This document shows, in pieces, positions 25,650-35,156 of a stretch of DNA of 62,799 nt; the stretch's first letter is position 1, and each line of letters starts with the position of its first letter. This DNA comes from an uncultured Candidatus Saccharibacteria bacterium (lineage in GTDB: Bacteria; Patescibacteriota; Saccharimonadia; Saccharimonadales; UBA4665). The notes under the pieces are model-generated. The model made no database searches. It was not told the origin of the DNA and saw only the letters and a list, made by a program, of their open reading frames with translations. The stretch is taken from NCBI GenBank assembly GCA_964393815.1, contig CAYMUP010000001.1, positions 1-62,799 of the forward strand, given 5' to 3'. A program made the translations under genes and the position numbers.

Positions 25650-26744
25650 TCAGCTTTTTAGGGCTTGGCTGTAGACGTCTAGGGTTTGCTGGGCCATGCG
25701 CCGCCAAGAGTATTTTGCGGCTTGGTGCTTGCCTGCTTCAATCATTTTGCTTCGTTTTGTTTCGTCGTTTATGACGAGGTCAATTTTATTGGCCATATCT
25801 TGGACGTCGTAGGGGTCAAAGTACTCGGCGGCGTCACCTAGTACCTCGGGTATGCTGGTGGCGGTGCTGGCAACGACTGGAGCGCCGTGGCGCATGGCTT
25901 CGAGTCCCGGCAGTCCAAAGCCTTCACTGAGACTGGGGAATATATAAGCGCGGCAGTTTTCAAACAGCCAACGGAGTTGGTCGTCGGGTATAAAGTCAGT
26001 GAAAATGACGTTCTTGATGTCCTGCTTCTTTACATAAGCCTCATGCAGCACATAATTGGCATCTTTTTTGCCGGCAAGCACCAGCCGCACCTCTGGGTTG
26101 GTTTTTTGTAGTAACACAAATGCGTCTATAAGGCGGCGCAGGTTTTTGTGCGGGGTCGGCCTGCCGACATACATTATGAAAGGTTTCTCGTGCACGGGCT
26201 CGTACGGTGCGCTGCCGGGTGGCATTTCGTCTGATGACTCGAGCGTGACGGTTATTTTGTCGAGCGGTATATGGCAGTAGCTTGCTACATCTTTTTTGAC
26301 GAACTCCGAGATGGCGATGATGTGGGCGCTCTTGTGTGCGACACGCTTGTTGAGCCATTTGTACACCTGCTGTTTTACCCAAAAGACTGCCACGTTCTTG
26401 GCAGGATTGCGAAACCTTACGGTGGTAAGGTCTTGCATGGTCGTGACGACGCGGCCACGATAAAACGCCGGTTGTTGCACCATGGGGAAATGTACTAGAT
26501 CCGGTTTAAGCATCTCTATTTGCCGCTTGAAACCAAGCTGCTCGCCAAGACTAAACTCTTCATACGGCGTCTCTACAACCTCAAAAGTCGGTGCAATACC
26601 GCGTAAGTACTCGAGCCGCTTAGACTTAGCCAGCAGCGTAACGCGGTGGTCGGTACCAATCCGGTGCATGTGTTCGATCATCTTATCGACATACCGGCCG
26701 CTGGTCGTCCCCGACTCTCTTGCATCAATCACAATGTGGCTCAT
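25650..26744 (-). CDS. glycosyltransferase family 4
   Basis: PSLSEGFGLPGLEAMRHGAPVVAS (E-x7-E region). 364 aa with a GT-B length profile. Confidence 0.85.
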   Translation of the reverse strand: MSHIVIDARESGTTSGRYVDKMIEHMHRIGTDHRVTLLAKSKRLEYLRGIAPTFEVVETPYEEFSLGEQLGFKRQIEMLKPDLVHFPMVQQPAFYRGRVVTTMQDLTTVRFRNPAKNVAVFWVKQQVYKWLNKRVAHKSAHIIAISEFVKKDVASYCHIPLDKITVTLESSDEMPPGSAPYEPVHEKPFIMYVGRPTPHKNLRRLIDAFVLLQKTNPEVRLVLAGKKDANYVLHEAYVKKQDIKNVIFTDFIPDDQLRWLFENCRAYIFPSLSEGFGLPGLEAMRHGAPVVASTATSIPEVLGDAAEYFDPYDVQDMANKIDLVINDETKRSKMIEAGKHQAAKYSWRRMAQQTLDVYSQALKS

Positions 26745-27925
26745 GCCTGCGTAGCTTCCTTTATTTTGCCGTAGACATCATGAGCGACCGTATCCCACGA
26801 AAAGGCCTTCAAGCGTTGTTTACCTGCCGCAATAAGGCGCTTTTGAGCAGCATCATCGCGTAGCAAGCTCGAAATAGCCTCGGCGATGCTATCGGGGTCG
26901 GTAGCGCAGTATTGTGCTGCGTCCTTTGCGACTTCACGCAGAACCGGTATGTCACTGACGAGCATTGGGCAACCATAGGTCATGCCTTCGAGCAGTTGCA
27001 TGCCGAAGCCCTCATAATGTGAGGGCATAAGGTAGAGGGCGGTGTTCATGAAAAGCGCCGCGCGGTCTTCATCGCTGACGTAGCCGGTCTGCATTACGTG
27101 TGCGCCCGATCGTCGGAGCCGCTCGAGCGTGACGAGGATTTCCTCGTCGTTCCAACCCTTTTTGCCGGTGATCACCAGTGTATATCGCTGTCGGATATCG
27201 TCCGGGAGCTGTTCGTACGCCTGCATAAGTCCGACGAGGTTTTTGCGTGGTTCGAGCGTGCCAAAAAAGAGCAGGTATGGGCCTGTGATACCAAGCTTAC
27301 TTACGCGCTTATCGGCTTCGGCCTGCGAGATCTCTACTGTATCAACCGTCGGAATGTGCTCGACCAGAATTTTGCTGGCTGGAGTCCCGTAGGCATCTAT
27401 AATCCCGCGTTTAGACGACTCGGAGTTTGTCAGCACAAAGCTAGCACGTTTCACCACCCCCGGCATAAGGTTGGTCAAATCGTAGCAGTTAGGGCCGCTC
27501 ACATACTCAGGATTGGTGATGTAGGTGATGTCGTGAAAAAAGGTGGTGCTGGGCGTGCGGAACACACTCGGCCAGCCAAGAAACCCAGGGAAAAGGTGGA
27601 AATCGCCCCGTTCTTTTACGAGCAACTCGTAGGGAACGGGCACACGCAGGCGACGTAGCATATTGTAGACTTTGCCTGGCACTAGCCTGCTGCGACGATA
27701 GCGGATATTGGGGGCAGTAGGGAGATTGAGCTGGTCATTCTTGCCTAGGAAGCTAAAATAGTGGCCGACGAGCTCAAGCTCATCAGGGTAGGCGCATGCA
27801 AGTGCTTCCACGAGACCTTTGGTCGTTCTCCCAACGCCAGTTAGACTCGTATTTGCCAGTGGTACAGCATCAAAAATAATCTTGATGCGTGCAGGTGACT
27901 CAGTTGTTCTCATAGAGCGGCACAA
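26741..27925 (-). CDS. glycosyltransferase family 4
   Basis: PSHYEGFGMQLLEGMTYGCPMLVSDIPVLREV. The start is either 27925 or the ATG at 27913. Overlaps its neighbours by a few nt, consistent with an operon. Confidence 0.85.
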   Translation of the reverse strand: MCRSMRTTESPARIKIIFDAVPLANTSLTGVGRTTKGLVEALACAYPDELELVGHYFSFLGKNDQLNLPTAPNIRYRRSRLVPGKVYNMLRRLRVPVPYELLVKERGDFHLFPGFLGWPSVFRTPSTTFFHDITYITNPEYVSGPNCYDLTNLMPGVVKRASFVLTNSESSKRGIIDAYGTPASKILVEHIPTVDTVEISQAEADKRVSKLGITGPYLLFFGTLEPRKNLVGLMQAYEQLPDDIRQRYTLVITGKKGWNDEEILVTLERLRRSGAHVMQTGYVSDEDRAALFMNTALYLMPSHYEGFGMQLLEGMTYGCPMLVSDIPVLREVAKDAAQYCATDPDSIAEAISSLLRDDAAQKRLIAAGKQRLKAFSWDTVAHDVYGKIKEATQA

Positions 27926-29024
27926 ACCTTTCTCGTACTATCTTGTCAAACTGGAACTTTTCAAGAAAAATTCGCCGACCGGCCTTACCCATCCTATGTC
28001 TTAACTCGGAGTCATCAATTAGTAGGGCGATGCCCTTTGCGAGCTCAATGTGGTTACCTACCTCCACTAACACGCCGCTTACGCCGTCTTCTACGATTTC
28101 AGGAATGCTGTCTACATTCGACGCCACAATTGGCAGGCTACACATCTCCGCCTCAACAAGAGAAAGGCCAAACCCTTCGTGGTACGTTGGGTGTACAAAG
28201 ACATCTGCTTCTTCTAACACACTGACCACATCACGTACGTGTCCCAAAAAACTAATATTGCCCATACCTTTCGCCGACGACTTGAATATTTCGGCGTCCG
28301 GGCCGTCACCGCAAATTTTCAACACAACATCATCTCGTTTAATCAATTTCATGGCTTCAATAAGTTCAGCTATGCCCTTATCTTTAACGAGTCGAGACGT
28401 GGAAACTATAACGACTTCTTCCGTGTTTCGCGTAACTGATGTGTATGAATCAACAACACCAATGTGTATTACGGAATAGTTCTTCGGAAGCTTCTTCCCT
28501 AACGACTCTTCAATAAGACGTTTCTCGCTATGACTCTCAATTGACACCTGTTTCGCAAGTTTACTCGTAGCAAATACCAGCTTGCCAACTGGATTTTTGT
28601 ACCACTTTCTATGGTTTGCATATATATACTTTAGGTCTGCGTGATCGGTCCAGATGACCTTCTTTCGGAGTAATTTGGCGGCCAAAGTGGCGGCGACGAA
28701 ATCGTCTCTGCCCTGAGGGTGAACGATATCTATACGATTATTGTAAAAGTAAACTACGTACCAAGCTGCAACTACCAACAACCATACTAGATAAGCCGGG
28801 AAAAGCACAATCCTTTTACCGCTTAAATTTTGTAACGACCACCATGGCGAATGTATATAGCGAAGCTTAGCAGCTTCTGCCATCTCAAGCGTTCGCATGT
28901 TTGAGGACAGTACGTAGGGAACGTATCCTAGCTTGTGCAATATCTTTGCTAAATTTATCGGAAATATCTCTGCTCCGCCCACATCGTACGAGTATGAGTT
29001 CCTAATAAGCGCTACTCTTTTCAC
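27900..29024 (-). CDS. glycosyltransferase family 4
   Basis: PTYHEGFGLSLVEAEMCSLPIVASNVDSIPEIVEDGVSGVLV. Visibly more AT-rich than the two downstream GT4 genes. Confidence 0.85.
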   Translation of the reverse strand: MKRVALIRNSYSYDVGGAEIFPINLAKILHKLGYVPYVLSSNMRTLEMAEAAKLRYIHSPWWSLQNLSGKRIVLFPAYLVWLLVVAAWYVVYFYNNRIDIVHPQGRDDFVAATLAAKLLRKKVIWTDHADLKYIYANHRKWYKNPVGKLVFATSKLAKQVSIESHSEKRLIEESLGKKLPKNYSVIHIGVVDSYTSVTRNTEEVVIVSTSRLVKDKGIAELIEAMKLIKRDDVVLKICGDGPDAEIFKSSAKGMGNISFLGHVRDVVSVLEEADVFVHPTYHEGFGLSLVEAEMCSLPIVASNVDSIPEIVEDGVSGVLVEVGNHIELAKGIALLIDDSELRHRMGKAGRRIFLEKFQFDKIVRERFVPLYENN

Positions 29025-29167
29025 ACTAGTATTTTAGTATTCTTTAGCCATCATTGGCAAACCACACCCAACCAGCTCAGTTTTTAGCGCCCAATAACTA
29101 TGATTTCGGATAGGACGAATTATTGCAGAGCAGACCGAAGTAAAATAATGATATAATCAGTGAGCAT

Positions 29168-29959
29168 ATGAGGTATTTTTCAGAAAAAAACCGTTCAATA
29201 TTGCGGGAGATGGTAAGTGCGGACTTCAAGGTGCGCTATCAGAGTTCCGCGTTAGGGTACCTCTGGTCGGTATTACGGCCATTGCTAATGTTTCTAATAC
29301 TGTACGTAGTCTTCACATACGTGTTTAAGCTTGGGAAGGGCGTCCCTCATTATCCCGTATACCTACTTCTCGGAATTGTTATGTGGAATTTCTTTACGGA
29401 GACAACGATTATAGGTATGAGTGCAGTTGTTGGGAAAGGAGACTTAATTCGCAAGATAGCTATTCCTCGCTACCTAACAGTTGTTAGTACTTCAGCGTCT
29501 GCGCTTATCAATCTGGGTATCAACCTAGTAGTCGTCGTCGTCTTTGCACTTATTGCTGGCGTAGAATTAACTTGGCGCTGGCCACTGTTATTGGTGTTGT
29601 TTGCTGAGTTGTTTATTTTTTCTACCGCGGTGGCGTTCTTTCTTTCGGCTCTGTATGTAAGATTCCGTGACATTATGTACGTCTGGGAGGTGGGGTTGCA
29701 GGGGGCATTTTATGCTACGCCAATTCTATACCCGCTTGCGATGGTGCCCGAAGTATACAGACAATACCTACTCATTAACCCAATGGCGCAGACAATCCAG
29801 GACGCAAGGTATGTTTTTGTGACGCAGGAAACTATTACAATATGGCATATAGCCCCATTCTGGTTCGCTATCGTGCCTGTCATTATTGTGATCGCGCTAG
29901 TGCTCTTGTCCCGCAGTTTCTTTAAGAAGGAAGCAAGACTTTTTGCGGAGAATATCTAA
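29168..29959 (+). CDS. ABC-2 type polysaccharide/teichoic-acid export permease (Wzm/TagG-like)
   Basis: 263 aa with six hydrophobic helices. N-terminal SADFKVRYQSSALGYLWSVLRPLL is typical of ABC-2 permeases. Followed immediately by the ATPase gene. Confidence 0.82.
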   Translation: MRYFSEKNRSILREMVSADFKVRYQSSALGYLWSVLRPLLMFLILYVVFTYVFKLGKGVPHYPVYLLLGIVMWNFFTETTIIGMSAVVGKGDLIRKIAIPRYLTVVSTSASALINLGINLVVVVVFALIAGVELTWRWPLLLVLFAELFIFSTAVAFFLSALYVRFRDIMYVWEVGLQGAFYATPILYPLAMVPEVYRQYLLINPMAQTIQDARYVFVTQETITIWHIAPFWFAIVPVIIVIALVLLSRSFFKKEARLFAENI

Positions 29960-31117
29960 ATGAATGAAAACATAGCCATAAAAGCACATAATTTACACAA
30001 GTCGTTTGTGTTGGCGGAGAATAAGCATAACTCTATTAAGCAGCTGTTTGTCAATGCCGGCAAGAAGAGCGGGGTGCGTAGGCAAAAGGTGCTGGACGGA
30101 CTCGATTTCGAAATAAAGAAAGGCGAATTCTTCGGGATAGTCGGCCGCAATGGTAGTGGCAAGAGTACTCTTCTCAAGATTCTGGCTGGTGTGTACGTTC
30201 CCGATAAAGGCGCAGTTGAGATAAACGGCAATCTCACGCCATTCATTGAGCTGGGGGTGGGGTTTAACGCTGAGCTCAGCGGAAGAGACAATGTGTATCT
30301 CAGCGCCTCGCTACTTGGGTACTCACGAAAAGAAGTAGACAAGATGTATGACGAAATAGTTACTTTTGCCGAGCTGGAAGAACATATGGATAAAAAGTTA
30401 AAGAACTATTCTTCCGGTATGCAAGTTCGTCTTGCTTTCTCGATCGCTATAAAGGCTAAGAATGACATACTCATTTTCGATGAAGTCCTTGCTGTCGGCG
30501 ACGAAGCGTTTCAACAGAAATGTTTGAGGGTATTTGAGGAATACAGAGAGGTGAAGCAGACGGTCGTTCTTGTTACGCACGATATGGGTACTGTTCGGAA
30601 CCTCTGTACGAGAGCGATGCTCATAGATAAAGGGAAGATAGCTCGGGTAGGCACCGTAGAAAGTATCGCAGAGATGTACTCAGACATGAACGTCAAGAAA
30701 GAAGATATCCAGGAGAAAGCAATTAAAGCTGCCGATATAGCAACGAGGTCCCATTTTGTTATAAAGCAACCAGTAAAGAAAACCTATCTTCCGTCTGAGG
30801 AAATGAGAGTTGGCATAGCGTGGAATGGGCGCTACGACCCGGATAATCATATTGTTGGTGTGGCTATCGAAAAGAATGAAGGCGAATATGTGTTTGGGAC
30901 AAATACAAGTAACCTCAAGTTGGGTGCTGCGAGCTTTGAGTTTACAGTAAAACTTGATTTAGGTCCCGGAAGGTATAAGCTTGTCGCTGCAATAATAGAT
31001 AAGAATGGCGCGGTAATTGAGAAAGAAGACAACGCACTCTCTTTTAGGGTGATTGATGATGGCCACACTTATGTTGGTGGATTAGTGAGGCTACAATATA
31101 GTTACAAGCAAAAGTAG
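29960..31117 (+). CDS. ABC exporter ATP-binding protein (Wzt/TagH-like) with about 140-aa C-terminal extra domain
   Basis: Walker A GRNGSGKST, signature YSSGMQVRLAFS, Walker B ILIFDEVLAVGD. The C-terminal beta-rich region (aa about 245-385) resembles the glycan-terminus-binding domains of Wzt proteins. Confidence 0.88.
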   Translation: MNENIAIKAHNLHKSFVLAENKHNSIKQLFVNAGKKSGVRRQKVLDGLDFEIKKGEFFGIVGRNGSGKSTLLKILAGVYVPDKGAVEINGNLTPFIELGVGFNAELSGRDNVYLSASLLGYSRKEVDKMYDEIVTFAELEEHMDKKLKNYSSGMQVRLAFSIAIKAKNDILIFDEVLAVGDEAFQQKCLRVFEEYREVKQTVVLVTHDMGTVRNLCTRAMLIDKGKIARVGTVESIAEMYSDMNVKKEDIQEKAIKAADIATRSHFVIKQPVKKTYLPSEEMRVGIAWNGRYDPDNHIVGVAIEKNEGEYVFGTNTSNLKLGAASFEFTVKLDLGPGRYKLVAAIIDKNGAVIEKEDNALSFRVIDDGHTYVGGLVRLQYSYKQK

Positions 31118-31163
31118 CGGAAATAGGTATAATAATAGCTGATAGGTACTGTAAGGAGGGGAG

Positions 31164-32165
31164 ATGTTCGAGGGGAAAGTTCTACTTATTACGGGGGGTA
31201 CAGGTTCGTTTGGTAATGAGGTTCTTAAAGGTTTTTTGGACACCGACATTAAAGAGATTCGGGTTTTTTCGCGAGATGAGAAAAAACAGGATGATATGCG
31301 GAAGAAGTATAACAACCTAAAACTCAAGTTTTATATTGGTGATGTACGAGATCCAGGGAGCGTAGATATTGTCATGAAAGGAGTTGACTACGTTTTTCAT
31401 GCGGCCGCCCTGAAGCAGGTTCCCTCTTGTGAATTCTTTCCACTTGAAGCTGTTAAAACCAATGTCATCGGTACGGACAATGTGTTAACATCCGCCATAA
31501 ATCACGGCGTTAAAAAGATAATCTGTTTGAGTACCGATAAAGCTGCCTACCCCATAAATGCCATGGGCACAAGTAAGGCAATGATGGAAAAAATCATCGT
31601 AGCCAAAGCACGACAGCTCGGCACTGATGCGGAAACTAAGATCTGTCTCACGAGGTACGGAAATGTTATGGGGTCAAGAGGTTCGGTAATACCTCTATTC
31701 TATAAGTTGATAAAGGAAAAGAAACCTCTAACCTTGACCGATCCAAACATGACGCGATTTATGATGACGCTTGCGGATGCAGTAGACTTGGTGGTTTTTG
31801 CTTTTCAGCATGGAGATCAAGGGGATCTGTTCGTACAAAAGGCTCCTGCGGCAACCATAGAGACATTGGCAAAAGCCATCAAAAAATACAAGAAATCAGA
31901 TGTCGATACCGTGGTTATTGGAACGCGGCATGGCGAAAAGGCTCACGAAGTATTGGTCACTACCGAAGAAATGTCCAAAGCAGAAGACATGGGGGAATTT
32001 TACAGGATTCCCATGGATAATCGTGACATGAACTATAACCAGTTCTACCCGGACGGCAGCGGTGAAGTTGTGGAGTATGGATCCTACAGCTCAGACATTA
32101 CAGATCGCTTAGATGTCGAAGGTACGATTGAGCTTTTGAAAAAAATGGGAGAGATTGAAGCGTGA
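31164..32165 (+). CDS. UDP-N-acetylglucosamine 4,6-dehydratase/5-epimerase (CapE/FnlA/WbjB/WbvB type)
   Basis: MFEGKVLLITGGTGSFGNEVLKGFLDTDIKEIRVFSRDEKKQDDMRKKYNNLKLKFYIGDVRD is nearly the canonical CapE/FnlA N-terminus as I remember it. RBS AAGGAGGGGAG. Confidence 0.88.
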   Translation: MFEGKVLLITGGTGSFGNEVLKGFLDTDIKEIRVFSRDEKKQDDMRKKYNNLKLKFYIGDVRDPGSVDIVMKGVDYVFHAAALKQVPSCEFFPLEAVKTNVIGTDNVLTSAINHGVKKIICLSTDKAAYPINAMGTSKAMMEKIIVAKARQLGTDAETKICLTRYGNVMGSRGSVIPLFYKLIKEKKPLTLTDPNMTRFMMTLADAVDLVVFAFQHGDQGDLFVQKAPAATIETLAKAIKKYKKSDVDTVVIGTRHGEKAHEVLVTTEEMSKAEDMGEFYRIPMDNRDMNYNQFYPDGSGEVVEYGSYSSDITDRLDVEGTIELLKKMGEIEA

Positions 32166-33013
32166 AGGCACTGGTATTAGGCGCTGAAGGAATGTTGGGG
32201 CATGTGGTGCAACTACATTTTAAAGAAAAAGGCTATGAAGTCAGTGGAACCTCAAGGACGGACGGCGCGGACTATGTGTTTGACGTGATGCAAAATGTAT
32301 CCGAACTCAAGCCCATACTCGATGATTTTGCTCCTGATGCAGTTGTAAATTGTATTGGCGTTTTAAATAAGGTAGCAGAAGATGACCATCCGCTAGCAGT
32401 AATGGCCAATAGCTACTTACCCCACTACGCTGATGAACTTTGTAGGGCAAAAGGAATAAAGTTCGTTCATATTTCCACAGACTGTGTGTTCGATGGGGAA
32501 AAGGGTGAATATACTGAGGATAGTTTTAAGGATGCAACATCTTTCTATGGCCAATCAAAGTCGTTGGGTGAAGTAAATAATGATAAAAATGTGACACTAC
32601 GGACATCCATAATAGGACCAGATAAAAACAGCTATGGTATTGGGCTTTTCCAATGGTTTATGAATCAGGAAGGTGAAACAAATGGCTTTGATAAGGTGGT
32701 GTGGACGGGCGTAACCACCGTAGAGTTGGCGAAGTGTATTGAGAAGGCAATCCAACACGATCTGACCGGGCTAAGACACGTGGTGAATAACGAAAAAATC
32801 GATAAGCACAATCTGCTGACCTTAATTAAGAACAGCTTTAATAAAGCGATCGAAATAAAGAGAAAAAGTGATTACGTTAGTGACAAGAGTCTGATTAGGA
32901 CGACTGACTTTGATTTTGAAGTGCCGAGCTACGAGCAGATGGTCGAAGAGATGGCGGCTTGGGTTACAAAACACGAAGCGCTATATAGCGAGAGTCAGAG
33001 GGTGCGCAAATGA
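32162..33013 (+). CDS. RmlD-fold SDR 4-reductase (short, WbvR-like rather than CapF/FnlB-like)
   Basis: GTGA start-stop overlap. MKALVLGAEGMLGHVV Rossmann motif. 283 aa. STDCVFDG ... YGQSKSLGE (YxxxK). Confidence 0.7.
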   Translation: MKALVLGAEGMLGHVVQLHFKEKGYEVSGTSRTDGADYVFDVMQNVSELKPILDDFAPDAVVNCIGVLNKVAEDDHPLAVMANSYLPHYADELCRAKGIKFVHISTDCVFDGEKGEYTEDSFKDATSFYGQSKSLGEVNNDKNVTLRTSIIGPDKNSYGIGLFQWFMNQEGETNGFDKVVWTGVTTVELAKCIEKAIQHDLTGLRHVVNNEKIDKHNLLTLIKNSFNKAIEIKRKSDYVSDKSLIRTTDFDFEVPSYEQMVEEMAAWVTKHEALYSESQRVRK

Positions 33014-34116
33014 AAGTTATGACAATCGTCGGTACGCGGCCAGAAATAATCAAACTTGCTTGCGTAATTCCTGAACTCGACAAATATACTGAGCATGTGC
33101 TGGTACACACTGGTCAGAATTACGATTATGAGCTGAACGAGATATTCTTTGATGGTATGGGCATACGGAAGCCCGATATTTTCATGGAAGCTGCCGGAGC
33201 AACGGCCGCAGAGACAGTTGGCAATGTAATCATCAAATCAGATGCGTTGTTTAAAGAACATAAGCCCGATGCCGTCCTGCTATATGGCGACACGAACTCG
33301 TGCCTCGCTGTTATTTCTGCAAAGAGGAACAAAATCCCCGTGTTTCACATGGAAGCCGGCAACCGATGCTTTGACCAGCGCGTTCCCGAAGAGCTCAACC
33401 GAAAAGTCGTAGATCATCTAAGCGACATAAATATGACGCTCACCGAACACGCGCGACGCTATCTTGTTGCGGAAGGCATCCCGGCAGAGACGGTCATAAA
33501 AGTTGGCTCTAGTATGAAAGAAGTGCTTGCGAAAAACCAACAGTCTATCGCCGAAAGTAAAGTACTTGAAAGTTTGAGTCTCGAGCCAAAGAAATATTTT
33601 GTTTTGAGTACGCACCGCGAAGAGAATGTGGATAGCGAAAAGAACTTCAATGACTTGGTAGAGTCCATAAACGCCATCTGCGAAACATACAAAATGCCCG
33701 TCATTTTTTCTGTACATCCTCGCACACAGAAGTTACTAGATACAAAGGGGATTAAGCTGCACGACTTGGTACGCCTCATGAAGCCACTTGGCTTCGCCGA
33801 CTACATCGCGCTGCAGCAGAATGCTTTCTGTGTAATCTCGGACAGCGGTACTATAACCGAAGAATCCTCTCTTCTCGGGTTTCCTGCCGTCACAGTACGC
33901 CAAGCACACGAACGCCCGGAAGGTATGGATGAAGGTACGCTCATAATGACTGGGCTAGAAAAAGACACTGTGCTCGATTCAATCAAGGTAGTTACATCGG
34001 CAAAAATGTCGGTAGTAAAAGACTATGATGCTGAACAAGTCTCCCAAAAAGTCGTCCGAATAATACTAAGCTACACAGGTTATATTAACCGGACGGTTTG
34101 GAAGAAGGGGTTGTAG
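33010..34116 (+). CDS. UDP-2-acetamido-2,6-dideoxy-hexose / UDP-GlcNAc 2-epimerase (CapG/FnlC/WbvD type, non-hydrolysing)
   Basis: ATGA overlap. MKVMTIVGTRPEIIKLACVIPELDKYTEHVLVHTGQNYDYELNEIFF. Confidence 0.85.
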   Translation: MKVMTIVGTRPEIIKLACVIPELDKYTEHVLVHTGQNYDYELNEIFFDGMGIRKPDIFMEAAGATAAETVGNVIIKSDALFKEHKPDAVLLYGDTNSCLAVISAKRNKIPVFHMEAGNRCFDQRVPEELNRKVVDHLSDINMTLTEHARRYLVAEGIPAETVIKVGSSMKEVLAKNQQSIAESKVLESLSLEPKKYFVLSTHREENVDSEKNFNDLVESINAICETYKMPVIFSVHPRTQKLLDTKGIKLHDLVRLMKPLGFADYIALQQNAFCVISDSGTITEESSLLGFPAVTVRQAHERPEGMDEGTLIMTGLEKDTVLDSIKVVTSAKMSVVKDYDAEQVSQKVVRIILSYTGYINRTVWKKGL

Positions 34117-34121
34117 TAGCT

Positions 34122-35156
34122 ATGGATTTTAGACAATATGCAAAAAAAAAGTATATCAAGTCTCAGGATAGAATATTGGAGTTTGGTCCGCTTATTAGGC
34201 CGACGGTGACTAAAAAAACACATCCGAATGTTTACTATGCAGATATTCGAAGCACGGAAGACATAAAGAAACTTTACACATCGAATGACTATCTCAAATC
34301 CACTGGCCTTACTGTGGATATTAATAAAGTTGTTGAAATTGACTATGTTATTAAAGATAGCTACAAAAATACCTTTAAAAACGTCGAGAAGTTTGATGTT
34401 GTTGTACTGTCGCATGTTATCGAACATATGCCAGATATAATTGATTTCTTTGGAGATATAACTCATACACTAAAAAAGGGCGGTCGACTAATAATTGTCT
34501 ATCCGGATGCAGAGTATTGTTTTGATCATTTTAGGAATGGCTCCTCTTTTATAGATGCATACGATGCACACATCAATAGTGGTGCTTCAAGCAAGCGTGT
34601 TTTTGACTTTGTTTATAATGTTGTCAATGAAAATGAAGCGTCCTATTACTGGGGGGATCAAGATCAGAACAGTAAAATACCGCGTAATGAGTTTCGTGAT
34701 GCAGTCGCCGCCTACGAAAGCGCAAAAAGTGGTGTGCTGCCTGACGACACTCATTTTTGGCCCTTTTCGAACTATCAGTTGATAAAGTTTCTGTACGACC
34801 TAGACAGGGCAGGTTTATCGAGTTTTGATATAGAAAAATTCTATCCTACCCCAGAAAACCTTCAAGAATGCCTACTGGTCCTGAGGCTTAAAAATAAACC
34901 CGGCGTGAAACACGCAACATATCGAAAAATATTTGATGACGTCAGTCCTTCGGCGAAAAGGATAAGAGCAGTGCGTATAGCCGAGGGTCTAGCAGGAGAA
35001 AAAGAAGCGCTAAAAAAAGAAATTGAAGAGCTTAAAAAAGAAAATCACTATATTTCGAACGAGCTTGGAAAGGTCTACGCAAGCAAGAAATGGAAATATG
35101 TCGAAAGCATAGCCAATATAAAAAATAAAATGACCGGCAGTGGACATGAAAAATAA
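34122..35156 (+). CDS. class I SAM-dependent methyltransferase with C-terminal coiled coil
   Basis: ATG 34122 preferred over the track TTG at 34098. VVVLSHVIEHMPDIIDFFGDITHTLKKGGRLIIVYPD. C-terminal EKEALKKEIEELKKENHYISNELGKV heptad-like region. Confidence 0.75.
   Translation: MDFRQYAKKKYIKSQDRILEFGPLIRPTVTKKTHPNVYYADIRSTEDIKKLYTSNDYLKSTGLTVDINKVVEIDYVIKDSYKNTFKNVEKFDVVVLSHVIEHMPDIIDFFGDITHTLKKGGRLIIVYPDAEYCFDHFRNGSSFIDAYDAHINSGASSKRVFDFVYNVVNENEASYYWGDQDQNSKIPRNEFRDAVAAYESAKSGVLPDDTHFWPFSNYQLIKFLYDLDRAGLSSFDIEKFYPTPENLQECLLVLRLKNKPGVKHATYRKIFDDVSPSAKRIRAVRIAEGLAGEKEALKKEIEELKKENHYISNELGKVYASKKWKYVESIANIKNKMTGSGHEK

Noticed and set aside
29123-29157. Sigma-70-like promoter for the ABC exporter operon (TATAAT 29152-29157, TTGCAG 29123-29128), and a similar TATAAT at 31128-31133 before the CapE-like gene.
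   Set aside because: The -10 hexamers are perfect, but the best -35 candidates sit 20-23 nt away rather than 17. In AT-rich DNA a lone TATAAT is weak evidence, so neither was listed as a feature.
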